DNA of 46,201 nt, taken from assembly GCA_034666725.1 (NCBI GenBank), contig JAXDLE010000169.1, forward strand, positions 1-46,201, written 5' to 3'. A program made the translations under genes and the position numbers. Each line of letters begins with the position of its first letter. The first letter of the stretch is position 1. Source of the stretch: Chloroflexota bacterium. GTDB taxonomy: Bacteria > Chloroflexota > Limnocylindria > Limnocylindrales > CSP1-4. The notes beneath the pieces are model-generated. The model saw only the letters and a list, made by a program, of their open reading frames with translations. It ran no database searches and had not been told where the DNA came from. Shown piece by piece: positions 9,042 through 17,193 of this stretch.

Positions 9042-9425
9042 TCACCTGTCTGGCTTCTTGCCGGGCTCCTTGACCGGCTCGTCGTCATCCTCGTCCAGGT
9101 GCAGCGCATGCAGCACGCGGTGGAGCACCGGAGCGAGCGTTACTCCGGCTGCGCCGATGATCACGACCCCACTGACGATTGCGTAGACGCCCGCGAAGAT
9201 CTTGGCCGAATCATCGGTCAGGATGTCCACCGGGCCCATCCCACCGGCGATCATGGCCGCGTTCAGAAAGGCGTCGACAAGCTTGAGGTGGCCGAACCAG
9301 GCGTAGCCGAGCATGCCCAGCAGGAGCCAGGCGCCCAGCAGTCCGAGCGTCAGCGCGAAGTGCTTCGCCAGGCGCACCAGGAAGGCGCGCCTGCTGATCA
9401 TCGGCTGACCGTAGCTCTCGTACAT
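9042..9425 (-). CDS. Small two-TM membrane protein with a K+-channel-pore-like segment
   Basis: TM1, then DAFLNAAMIAGGMGPV, then TM2 KIFAGVYAIVSGVVIIG; start taken at MYESYG. Confidence 0.7.
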   Translation of the reverse strand: MYESYGQPMISRRAFLVRLAKHFALTLGLLGAWLLLGMLGYAWFGHLKLVDAFLNAAMIAGGMGPVDILTDDSAKIFAGVYAIVSGVVIIGAAGVTLAPVLHRVLHALHLDEDDDEPVKEPGKKPDR

Positions 9426-9537
9426 CACGCCCTTGATGTTGGCAGGTCGGAAAGGGCTCCGCGCGTACAATCGGCCCTTCGAAAACACAGAAAGCCGAGA
9501 TGTTGCCGGCTTCCCAGCAGCCTCCGAGGTCGCCCGC

Positions 9538-12333
9538 ATGACTCAGACCCCCACCGTGCCTGCCGAGCGTGCCCATCAGGCCGCCAAGCGCTACATCTAT
9601 GCGTTCGGCGGCGGCCACGCCGAGGGCGATGCGAAGATGCGCGACGAGCTCGGTGGCAAGGGCGCGGGCCTGGCCGAGATGACCAATGCCGGCCTGCCGG
9701 TGCCCCCTGGCTTCACGATCACGACCGAGGCATGCAATGACTACTTCGCCGCGGGCGAGAAGCTGCCCGACGGTCTGTGGGACGACGTGCTCGCTGCCGT
9801 GGCAGACGTCGAGGAGGAGACCGGCAAGGGCCTCGGCAACGCCGCGAATCCGCTGCTGGTGAGCGTCCGGTCGGGCGCCAAGTTCTCGATGCCCGGCATG
9901 ATGGACACGGTCCTCAACCTGGGCCTCAACGCGGACACGCTTCAGGGCCTCGTGGCGTTGACAGGCAATGAGCGTTTCGGCTGGGACGCGTACCGGCGCT
10001 TCATCCAGATGTTCGGGCGCATCGTCATGGACGTCGACGGCGCGAAGTTCGAGCATGCCATCGACGCGGCCAAGGAGGCACGCGGAGTCAAGCAGGACAC
10101 AGAGCTCGATGCCGACGCCCTGCGCGAGCTGGTCGCCACATTCCTGAGCGTGGTCAAAGAGTCGGCCGGGCGCGAGTTCCCCACCGATCCACACGAGCAG
10201 CTCGACCTGGCCATCAAGGCCGTCTTCGCCTCGTGGTTCGGCAAGCGCGCGCATGACTATCGCGAGTACAACCACATCGCCCACGACCTCGGCACCGCGG
10301 TCAACGTCGTGACGATGGTCTTTGGCAACATGGGCGATGACTCCGGCACGGGTGTCGCCTTCACGCGCGACCCGAATACCGGCGAGAAGGTGCTCTTCGG
10401 CGAGTACCTGACCAACGCCCAGGGCGAGGACGTCGTCGCCGGCATCCGCACCCCACAGCCGATCAGCCAAATGAAGGACGAGCTGCCCGAGGCGTATGCC
10501 GAGTTCGAGCGGATCGGCCAGCGGCTCGAGAAGCACTACAAGGACGTCCAGGATCTCGAGTTCACGATCGAGCGCGGCCGCCTGTACATGCTCCAGACGC
10601 GCTCCGCAAAACGGACCGCCGCAGCCGCCGTCCGCATCGCTGCCGACCTCGTGGACGAGGGCATCATCACCGAGCGCGAGGCGCTCTCGAGGATCGAGCC
10701 CGCCCACGTCGACCAGCTGCTGCGCGACCAGTTCGACCCGACCGCGAAGAGCAGCGCGAAGAAGATCACCGCGGGCCTGAATGCATCGCCCGGCGCTGCC
10801 GTCGGCAAGGCCGTGTTCAACGCGGATCGCGCCTTCGAGATGGCGCAGCAGGGCGAGAAGGTCATCCTCGTCCGTATCGAAACGTCGCCCGACGACTTCC
10901 ACGGCATGGCCGCGGCACAGGGCGTGCTGACGGCGCGGGGTGGCGCGACGTCCCACGCAGCTGTCGTAGCGCGCCAGATCGGCAAGCCGTGCGTCGCCGG
11001 CTGCGCGGCGCTCATCATCGATTACGCCACGAAGAGCGCGCGGGTCAACGGCCTCGGGTTCTCTGAAGGGGAGTGGATCTCGCTCGACGGGACCACGGGC
11101 GAGGTATTCGTCGGCGCGCTGCCCACCACAGCGGCGCGCTTCGAAGATCAGGCCGAGCTGCAACAGGTGCTGACGTGGGCCGACAAGGTGCGCCGGCTCG
11201 AGGTGTGGACGAACGCCGACAAGCCCGAGGAAGCGGCGCAGGCCCGGCGCTACGGCGCACAGGGCATTGGCCTGTGCCGGACCGAGCACATGTTCCGCGA
11301 GGGGGAGCGGCTCGACATCGTGCGCGACGCGATCCTGGTCGCCTTCCAGGCCACTCGGGCGAAGGAGAAGACGGCCGCCGGCGGCACGCTGTCGGACGAC
11401 GACGCGGCCGCCGTCAAGAGCTTCGACGAGGCCATCGCCAAGCTCGAGGTGCTCCAGGAGGGTGACTTCTACGGCATCTTCGAGGCGATGGACGGGCTGC
11501 CCGTCGTCATCCGCCTCATCGACCCGCCGCTGCACGAATTCCTGCCGAACCACAGCGAGGTGCTGGTCGAGGTCACGAAGATGGAGGCAAAGGGCGTCGC
11601 CGCGAGTGATCCCGGATACGTGAAGGCCAAGGAGCTGCTGCGCGCGGTGGAGGCGCTGAAAGAACAGAACCCCATGCTTGGCCTGCGCGGCATCCGTCTC
11701 GGGCTGATGATCCCCGACCTCGTGAAGATGCAGACCCGGGCCATCCTCAACGCCGCGATCCGTCGCCAGAAGGCAGGCGGCCATCCTCACGCCGAGATCA
11801 TGATCCCGCTGGTGGGCCACGTGAACGAGCTCGCCGAGACGCGCAAGATCCTTGACGCCGAGGCGAAGGCCGTCCAGGAGGCCGCCGGCACGACCGTCGA
11901 CTTCATGTTCGGCACCATGATCGAGATCCCGCGCGGCGCCCTGACGGCCGACGAGATCGCCGAGCATGCCGAGTTCTTCAGCTTCGGCACCAACGACCTG
12001 ACCCAGATGGCGTTCGGCTATTCGCGCGACGATGCTGAGGGCGGCTTCCTCCTGAACTACGTTGAACGCGGCATCCTGCCGGCCAACCCATTCCAGACGC
12101 TCGACATCGTCGGCGTCGGTCAGCTGGTCCGCATTGCCGTCGAGAAAGGCCGCAAGGCACGGCCGGGCTTGAAGATCGGCATCTGCGGCGAGCACGGCGG
12201 CGACCCGGCGTCGATCGCGTTCTTCAACGAGGTCGGTCTCGACTACGTGTCGTGCTCACCGTTCCGCGTCCCCGTGGCGCGTCTGGCCGCGGCACAGGCG
12301 GCACTCTCCGGCGCAGCCGAAAGCGACAAATAA
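9538..12333 (+). CDS. ppdK: Pyruvate, phosphate dikinase
   Basis: LGGKGAGLAEM, SVRSGAKFSMPGMMDTVLNLG, GGATSHAAVVAR (catalytic His), FSFGTNDLTQM, GICGEHGG. Confidence 0.98.
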   Translation: MTQTPTVPAERAHQAAKRYIYAFGGGHAEGDAKMRDELGGKGAGLAEMTNAGLPVPPGFTITTEACNDYFAAGEKLPDGLWDDVLAAVADVEEETGKGLGNAANPLLVSVRSGAKFSMPGMMDTVLNLGLNADTLQGLVALTGNERFGWDAYRRFIQMFGRIVMDVDGAKFEHAIDAAKEARGVKQDTELDADALRELVATFLSVVKESAGREFPTDPHEQLDLAIKAVFASWFGKRAHDYREYNHIAHDLGTAVNVVTMVFGNMGDDSGTGVAFTRDPNTGEKVLFGEYLTNAQGEDVVAGIRTPQPISQMKDELPEAYAEFERIGQRLEKHYKDVQDLEFTIERGRLYMLQTRSAKRTAAAAVRIAADLVDEGIITEREALSRIEPAHVDQLLRDQFDPTAKSSAKKITAGLNASPGAAVGKAVFNADRAFEMAQQGEKVILVRIETSPDDFHGMAAAQGVLTARGGATSHAAVVARQIGKPCVAGCAALIIDYATKSARVNGLGFSEGEWISLDGTTGEVFVGALPTTAARFEDQAELQQVLTWADKVRRLEVWTNADKPEEAAQARRYGAQGIGLCRTEHMFREGERLDIVRDAILVAFQATRAKEKTAAGGTLSDDDAAAVKSFDEAIAKLEVLQEGDFYGIFEAMDGLPVVIRLIDPPLHEFLPNHSEVLVEVTKMEAKGVAASDPGYVKAKELLRAVEALKEQNPMLGLRGIRLGLMIPDLVKMQTRAILNAAIRRQKAGGHPHAEIMIPLVGHVNELAETRKILDAEAKAVQEAAGTTVDFMFGTMIEIPRGALTADEIAEHAEFFSFGTNDLTQMAFGYSRDDAEGGFLLNYVERGILPANPFQTLDIVGVGQLVRIAVEKGRKARPGLKIGICGEHGGDPASIAFFNEVGLDYVSCSPFRVPVARLAAAQAALSGAAESDK

Positions 12334-12381
12334 CCCGCCTCGTCGCGGACTGACCTCTGGCAGATTTGGCGCGGACAAAGT

Positions 12382-12415
12382 AAGAGCCCCGACCTCTGCG
12401 GCCGGGGCTCTTTGC
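12382..12415. terminator. Probable bidirectional intrinsic terminator
   Basis: AAGAGCCCCG...CGGGGCTCTT stem with A-rich and T-rich flanks between convergent genes. Confidence 0.75.
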
Positions 12416-12446
12416 TTACTGACTGAAGGTCAGCGCTGAGGCGCGC

Positions 12447-12812
12447 TCAGGCGCGGCGGCGCTGGAAGCAGTCGTCGCAGAAGACGGGCTTGCCGCTCGT
12501 GGGCCGGAACGGCACCATCGCCGTCTTGCCACAGTTCGAGCAGGTAGCCTCGAACATCTCGCGCGGTCGGCGCTCGCGGAAACCACCGCCACCGCCGCCG
12601 GAGCTGTAGCCGCCACCGCCGCCGGCGCTGTAACCGCCGCTACCACCACCCATTGAATCGCCAGAGCCCATCGACGCCTTACGGGCGGCGCGGCATGAGC
12701 GGCAACGGCGCGGGTCGGTGAAACCACGCTCCTGGTAGAACTGCTGCTCGCTGGCGGTGAACACGAACTCCTGGCCGCAATCGGCACAGGTCAGAGTTCG
12801 ATCTGCTTGCAA
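12447..12812 (-). CDS. Zinc-ribbon (zf-trcl-like) plus CxxC-x17-CxxC domain protein with Gly-rich linker
   Basis: TTG start with AAGGAG SD; CADCGQEFVFTASEQQFY...CRSCR; REMFEATCSNCG...PVFCDDCF. Confidence 0.92.
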   Translation of the reverse strand: MQADRTLTCADCGQEFVFTASEQQFYQERGFTDPRRCRSCRAARKASMGSGDSMGGGSGGYSAGGGGGYSSGGGGGGFRERRPREMFEATCSNCGKTAMVPFRPTSGKPVFCDDCFQRRRA

Positions 12813-12945
12813 GAAAAAACGCTCCTTCTCGAGCCGGGCTTCGCGACTTAGTTCTCGCGTAAGACCCGTGAGAGGAGCGTCGTTGTGGACCGGCGTATTA
12901 CACCCGTATCGACGGGCTTCCGTGCTCAATCGTACCGAATGAGCA
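12813..12945 (-). promoter_or_regulatory. Structured 5' leader with SD-sequestering stem (candidate cis-regulatory RNA)
   Basis: On the transcript ACGCTCCT pairs with AGGAGCGT, which contains the SD; additional hairpins upstream. Confidence 0.55.
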
Positions 12946-12950
12946 TCCGC

Positions 12951-12979
12951 AGTGTGACCCAAGCGCCCCGCACGGTCAA
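12951..12979 (-). promoter_or_regulatory. Sigma70-type promoter TTGACC-N17-CACACT
   Basis: Near-consensus -35, exact 17-nt spacer, about 135 nt upstream of the zinc-ribbon gene. Confidence 0.65.
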
Positions 12980-13044
12980 GAGGCGACTGCGCAGATGATC
13001 AGTTCGCGTACGCTCACACGGCCGATGAGCCGACTGCCTGCCCT

Positions 13045-13587
13045 ATGAGCGACCAGCCCAGCCTGCGCGAGCTCACGGCCCTGGGCGAACTCGACCCCGG
13101 CGTCGCAGCACTCCTATGGCTGCTTGCCGAGTACGGTCTGCCGCTCACCGTAGCGTCGCCCGATCGAGCCGCCGCGGAGCGGACGCGCGCGGCCATCGTC
13201 GCGGCGGCCGGCACCGGGCGCGCGGCGCGCCTCGCACCGGCCGGTGGGGTGATGCTCGCCGACTCGCTCGAAGGAGTCCTGCGGCTGCTTGGCGGTGACG
13301 TCGCGCTCAACGACGCGACGCGCGACCTTGGCCTGGTGGTGATCCACGACGGCCGGCGGGTGCGCCGCGTGCACTACGTGCGGCCGGTCGAGCGCGACGG
13401 CGCGGGCCACCTGCAGCGCCGTCCGCCGGCGGTCCTCGCCGACTGGAACGAGCCCGCCGACAAAATCGACGACTTCTCCTGGGCGGTGACCGATGAGCTC
13501 GCGGACCGCACCGGCCTGACGCGCGAGGAGCTGGAGCGCCACGTTGACTTGCGGCGCGACCAGCTGGCCGGCAGCGCCCGCGCCTAG
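13045..13587 (+). CDS. Hypothetical protein, possibly a degenerate secretion-ATPase-like fold
   Basis: LRELTALGELDPGVAALLWLLAEYGLPLTVAS resembles the segment preceding Walker A in VirB11/CpaF-like ATPases, but there is no GKT. Confidence 0.6.
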   Translation: MSDQPSLRELTALGELDPGVAALLWLLAEYGLPLTVASPDRAAAERTRAAIVAAAGTGRAARLAPAGGVMLADSLEGVLRLLGGDVALNDATRDLGLVVIHDGRRVRRVHYVRPVERDGAGHLQRRPPAVLADWNEPADKIDDFSWAVTDELADRTGLTREELERHVDLRRDQLAGSARA

Positions 13588-13853
13588 CCTCCGGCTACGG
13601 CCGGTATGACGTGAACCACTGACCCTTCACTCAGCGCCGTCCCGAGCTCGCGCTGGCGCTCGCCGTCGACAAAAACGTTGATGTGCTCGCGCAGCCGCGG
13701 TCCCGCTTCGACAAGGCGATCGCGCATGCCCGGCCAGCGCTGATCGAGATCATCGACCAAGCCGGCGAGAGACGTCGAGGGCAGCTGCAGATGCCGCGGC
13801 GGCGGATCGGTGAAGAGCGTCACAAGCGAGCGTGGCAGGTGGACGGTGGCCAT
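13584..13853 (-). CDS. MoaD/ThiS family ubiquitin-like sulfur carrier
   Basis: 89 aa; HINVFVDGE; C-terminal IPAVAGG. Confidence 0.92.
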   Translation of the reverse strand: MATVHLPRSLVTLFTDPPPRHLQLPSTSLAGLVDDLDQRWPGMRDRLVEAGPRLREHINVFVDGERQRELGTALSEGSVVHVIPAVAGG

Positions 13854-13877
13854 ATGTCGGTACCGGGAACGTCGGAC

Positions 13878-14963
13878 CTAGGCGTCGACTACCGCGGCCT
13901 CGACCGACCAGATCGGCGGCAGGTAGTCGGCCATCAACGTCCAGCTGTCGCCCTCATCGGCGCTGCCGAAGACCTGTCCCGTGCTGGTGCCGAAGTAGAC
14001 GCCCGGCTGGTCAAGCGAATCGATCGCCATGTTCTCGCGCAATACGGTCACGAAGGCGTCCTTGGCGGGCAGGCCATCAGAGAGGCGCTGCCAGGTGTCA
14101 CCACGGTCGCGACTGCGGAACACAGCAGCCTGGCCGTCGATCATCTGGCGGCCATCACTCGGGCCGCTGTGGGGAATGACGTAAATGGTCCTGGGGTCGT
14201 GCGGGTGGATGACCATGGGGAAGCCGAATTCGGAGGGCAGTTCGTTGGTGATCTCGGTCCATTGCTTGCCGCCATCGTCGGAGCGGTAAACACCGCAGTG
14301 GTTCTGCTGGTAGAGCCATTCGGGCTCATCGGGGTGGAGGCGCAGCTTGTGAACGCACTGGCCAAAGTCGGGCGGCGGGCCAGGCTGGAAGTCGGCCCGA
14401 ACGCCCTTATTGCGCGTCTCCCAGGTCTTGCCGCCATCGGTGGTCTCGAAGGTGCCCACGGCTGAGGCGGCGACCCACATCCGGTCGGGATCGGTCGGAT
14501 GGGTGACGATCGAGTGCAGGCACAGGCCGCCGTTGCCGGGCTGCCAGTCGGGCCGCGACGGGTGCTCACGTAGCCCATGGACGTGGGTCCAGGTCTCGCC
14601 GTGGTCCTCACTGCGGAACAGGCCCGCCGGCTCAACGCCGGCAAAGACGGTGCCATTCGCGCCGGCCGTCGCAAGCTTCCAGATAGTCGTGATCCTTGGC
14701 GCATCCTCGCCGTCGCCGTACGTCATGCCAGCGCTCGACTGGGTCCAGGACTCGCCGTTGTCCGTGCTGCGCCAGACCGATGGGCCGTACCAATTGTTGC
14801 CGCCACCGGCGTAGAGCGTCCCGTCCGCGGCGCGAATGAAGTCGTGAGTGGGCCAGTTCTGGCAGAAAGGGCCACGCAGCTTCCAATCGCGTCGCGCAGA
14901 ATCACTCTCGAGAATGAACGCGCCCTTCTTGGTCCCGACGAGGACCTCGACCCTCCGAGTCAC
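13878..14963 (-). CDS. BNR/Asp-box repeat beta-propeller protein (sialidase-like)
   Basis: Repeated S/T-x-D-x-G-x-T/S-W boxes; GTKKGAF N-terminus; no signal peptide. Confidence 0.9.
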   Translation of the reverse strand: MTRRVEVLVGTKKGAFILESDSARRDWKLRGPFCQNWPTHDFIRAADGTLYAGGGNNWYGPSVWRSTDNGESWTQSSAGMTYGDGEDAPRITTIWKLATAGANGTVFAGVEPAGLFRSEDHGETWTHVHGLREHPSRPDWQPGNGGLCLHSIVTHPTDPDRMWVAASAVGTFETTDGGKTWETRNKGVRADFQPGPPPDFGQCVHKLRLHPDEPEWLYQQNHCGVYRSDDGGKQWTEITNELPSEFGFPMVIHPHDPRTIYVIPHSGPSDGRQMIDGQAAVFRSRDRGDTWQRLSDGLPAKDAFVTVLRENMAIDSLDQPGVYFGTSTGQVFGSADEGDSWTLMADYLPPIWSVEAAVVDA

Positions 14964-15004
14964 GCCTCCAGATTAACGGAGGCGCGCTCAGAGGTCAGAA
15001 CGCT

Positions 15005-15538
15005 TTAGGGCCTGCGCGCGAACGACCAGCGCCGGCGAACGTCGTCCCGAGTCGCGAGCAATGCGCCCAGGACCGTGCTCGCTACCGCGATGGTCAGAGC
15101 GAAGACCGTGCCCCACCCGGCACTCTGGATCTGGTCCGGAGTGAGCTCATCGACCGAGGTCGTCAGTACGCCGGCTGTCGATCCCAATGCCGCTCCCGCT
15201 CCCAGCGCGATCATCAGAACCAGCAACACGACGAACAGGCCCCACACAAGGAAGCCGTGCATGATCGCCGATTCCGGCTCATCGACATGCGCGGTCCATA
15301 CGGCCACGAAGCCACCGACCAGAAACGCCAAAACGCCCAGCAGTCCAGCGATGATGGAGCCGACCACCTCGCCGTACTTGAACGGTGTGTCCACCGATTC
15401 GAGCCCGGCGGCAACCGCGATCGCGCCGAAGAGCACAAACAGCCCGAAGGCGGTTACGACTCCGGCACCGATCGAGCTCCAGCTGATCAGGTCGGTGCGC
15501 GCCACATCCGTGCGCCCCGGACGAGTCTCTGCGGCCAT
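15005..15538 (-). CDS. Multi-pass membrane protein of unknown function
   Basis: ISWSSIGAGVV...AFLVGGFVA...HGFLVWGL; four hydrophobic segments; ATG coupled to upstream TAA. Confidence 0.75.
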   Translation of the reverse strand: MAAETRPGRTDVARTDLISWSSIGAGVVTAFGLFVLFGAIAVAAGLESVDTPFKYGEVVGSIIAGLLGVLAFLVGGFVAVWTAHVDEPESAIMHGFLVWGLFVVLLVLMIALGAGAALGSTAGVLTTSVDELTPDQIQSAGWGTVFALTIAVASTVLGALLATRDDVRRRWSFARRP

Positions 15539-15600
15539 TAGATCAACCTCAGCAGCAGGATGACCAGGATGATCACCACGAGCAATCCGATGATGCCCAC
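15538..15600 (-). CDS. Small 20-aa hydrophobic peptide MGIIGLLVVIILVILLLRLI (not in ORF track)
   Basis: GGAGG SD 8 nt before GTG; TAA stop overlaps next ATG (TAATG). Confidence 0.7.
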   Translation of the reverse strand: MGIIGLLVVIILVILLLRLI

Positions 15601-15775
15601 GCCTCAAACCTCCCATTCTGGCCCCCGCCTCGGCCACGCCATCGCGGGCGACCTCGAGGGGCAGCATGGGCTGGACGACATTTCAGCCGCGCCACTTTCT
15701 GGCGCGACGCCGCGTGTGACTTCGTATCGGCGGTGAAGGCCGTGGGCCCGAAGCCTCGCCTCGACCACGCTCAGC

Positions 15776-17053
15776 TCATGCGTCGGGAGTGCAGATCCCT
15801 TCGGGGACTTGGAGGTTGCCGAGGTTGTCCGTCCATGTATTCGCGGTGTCGGCTGTGCCCGAGCCGCTGGTCCCGTCGTAACAGTCGGTCCCCAGGTTGC
15901 CCCTGAAGTCGTTGTCATGGATGTTGTTGCCGCTGCCGGTGACGCTGATGCCATAGTCGTTGCCCGACGTGTGGTTGTCATGCCACTCGTCGTTGTCGCC
16001 AGAGACCTGATAGCCGTAGTGGGCGGCGTACACCCAGTTGTCATAGATCACGGCTCCGTCGGCGTCGGCACGGGTGACGATGCCACCCAGCGTCCGACGC
16101 ACGACGTTGTCGTGAATGTCCGTGGTTTCGCTGCCGTTAAGGCCAAGCAGGCTGATGCCGTCGTTCATGGTCGGCGTGGCGGTTAGTGAACAGCTGTAGC
16201 TCGGGCCGGTGCTGCAGGCGTTGGGGCCGCTCGATATCGCGTTGCGGATGATGTCAGCGCGCGCGCCTGACTCGACACCGATGCCGAACGTCCCGAAGAA
16301 ACCGCCATTGACCGATGGCCTGACCGTGATCGCACAGGAGGTGAAGGACACCGCGTTGCACTCGTGCTCGTGGAAGAACCGGAGCGTATTGCGCCGCACG
16401 TATGCATAGGAGTCCGCGTCCTCCACGAGGATGCCGCCAATCTTGAAGTCGGTCACCCAGTTGAAGGTGACGGATGCTGTGGCCGAGTCGGCGTGCTGGC
16501 CGACCACGATGCCGTAGTCGAAACCGCACGCGCCGCTGAGCGTGTCATCGCCGGAAGCAATGATGCGGTTGTTGCGCACGTAGTCATTGCTCCCGCGCAC
16601 CAGGACCGCCGTGTCGTAATGGGCGCAGACCTCGAATGAAGGGCCGAGTGTTGCCGGAGCGCTGTTGGTGAACACCTTGATGGAGAAGCCGCGCAGCTGG
16701 GCGTTGTCGCCCGTCAGCTCAATGAGATTGCCGGTGCCCGCCGCCGGACCCTGGATCTCAGCACCCAGCAGTGGCCGCGCCCTGACCTTGACGCCGGCCG
16801 GGATGACCAGCTCCTCAAGATAGATACCCGGGCAGACGTACACCCAGTCACCGGCGGAAGATTCGTCGATCGCCAGTTGAATCCCTGTGTAAGAGGCGGT
16901 GTCGCACTGGTCCGGGCCGTCGCCGGCGGTGAGGTCGTCATCGACCCAGCGGGCCGAGCTCGTCGCCGATGCCGGCGCGGCCAGCAGACTCAGTAGCAGC
17001 GCGGCACTGGCCGTCGCTCCCAGCAGACGACCAAAGATCCGGGTCGCAATCAC
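15776..17053 (-). CDS. Secreted right-handed parallel beta-helix (pectin-lyase-like/NosD-like) protein
   Basis: GGAGGAGG SD; signal peptide APASA; YTGIQLAID..GDWVYVCPGIYLE; Asn-ladder repeats (IHDNDFRGN). Confidence 0.85.
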   Translation of the reverse strand: MIATRIFGRLLGATASAALLLSLLAAPASATSSARWVDDDLTAGDGPDQCDTASYTGIQLAIDESSAGDWVYVCPGIYLEELVIPAGVKVRARPLLGAEIQGPAAGTGNLIELTGDNAQLRGFSIKVFTNSAPATLGPSFEVCAHYDTAVLVRGSNDYVRNNRIIASGDDTLSGACGFDYGIVVGQHADSATASVTFNWVTDFKIGGILVEDADSYAYVRRNTLRFFHEHECNAVSFTSCAITVRPSVNGGFFGTFGIGVESGARADIIRNAISSGPNACSTGPSYSCSLTATPTMNDGISLLGLNGSETTDIHDNVVRRTLGGIVTRADADGAVIYDNWVYAAHYGYQVSGDNDEWHDNHTSGNDYGISVTGSGNNIHDNDFRGNLGTDCYDGTSGSGTADTANTWTDNLGNLQVPEGICTPDA

Positions 17054-17193
17054 GTGAGGCCTCCTCCGAGGTTGCCGGTGGGGGCAACCGTTCGCGGTCA
17101 GGCTACTCGCGTGGAGCGCTCTTGGGTAGGCGCGCCGCCTGGTCAGGCTTCGCGTCTTATCCACCGATTCGGGGTTCCCCTTACGATCACCTC

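Noticed and set aside
9211-12195. 994-aa minus-strand ORF
   Set aside because: Antisense shadow of ppdK caused by high-GC codon bias; no recognisable motifs.
16969-17193. N-terminal extensions in the ORF track (aldolase; likewise tig, valS, ppdK, arsM, cinA)
   Set aside because: They overlap divergent genes, promoters or the T-box; downstream starts fit SD or -10 signals and family N-termini better.
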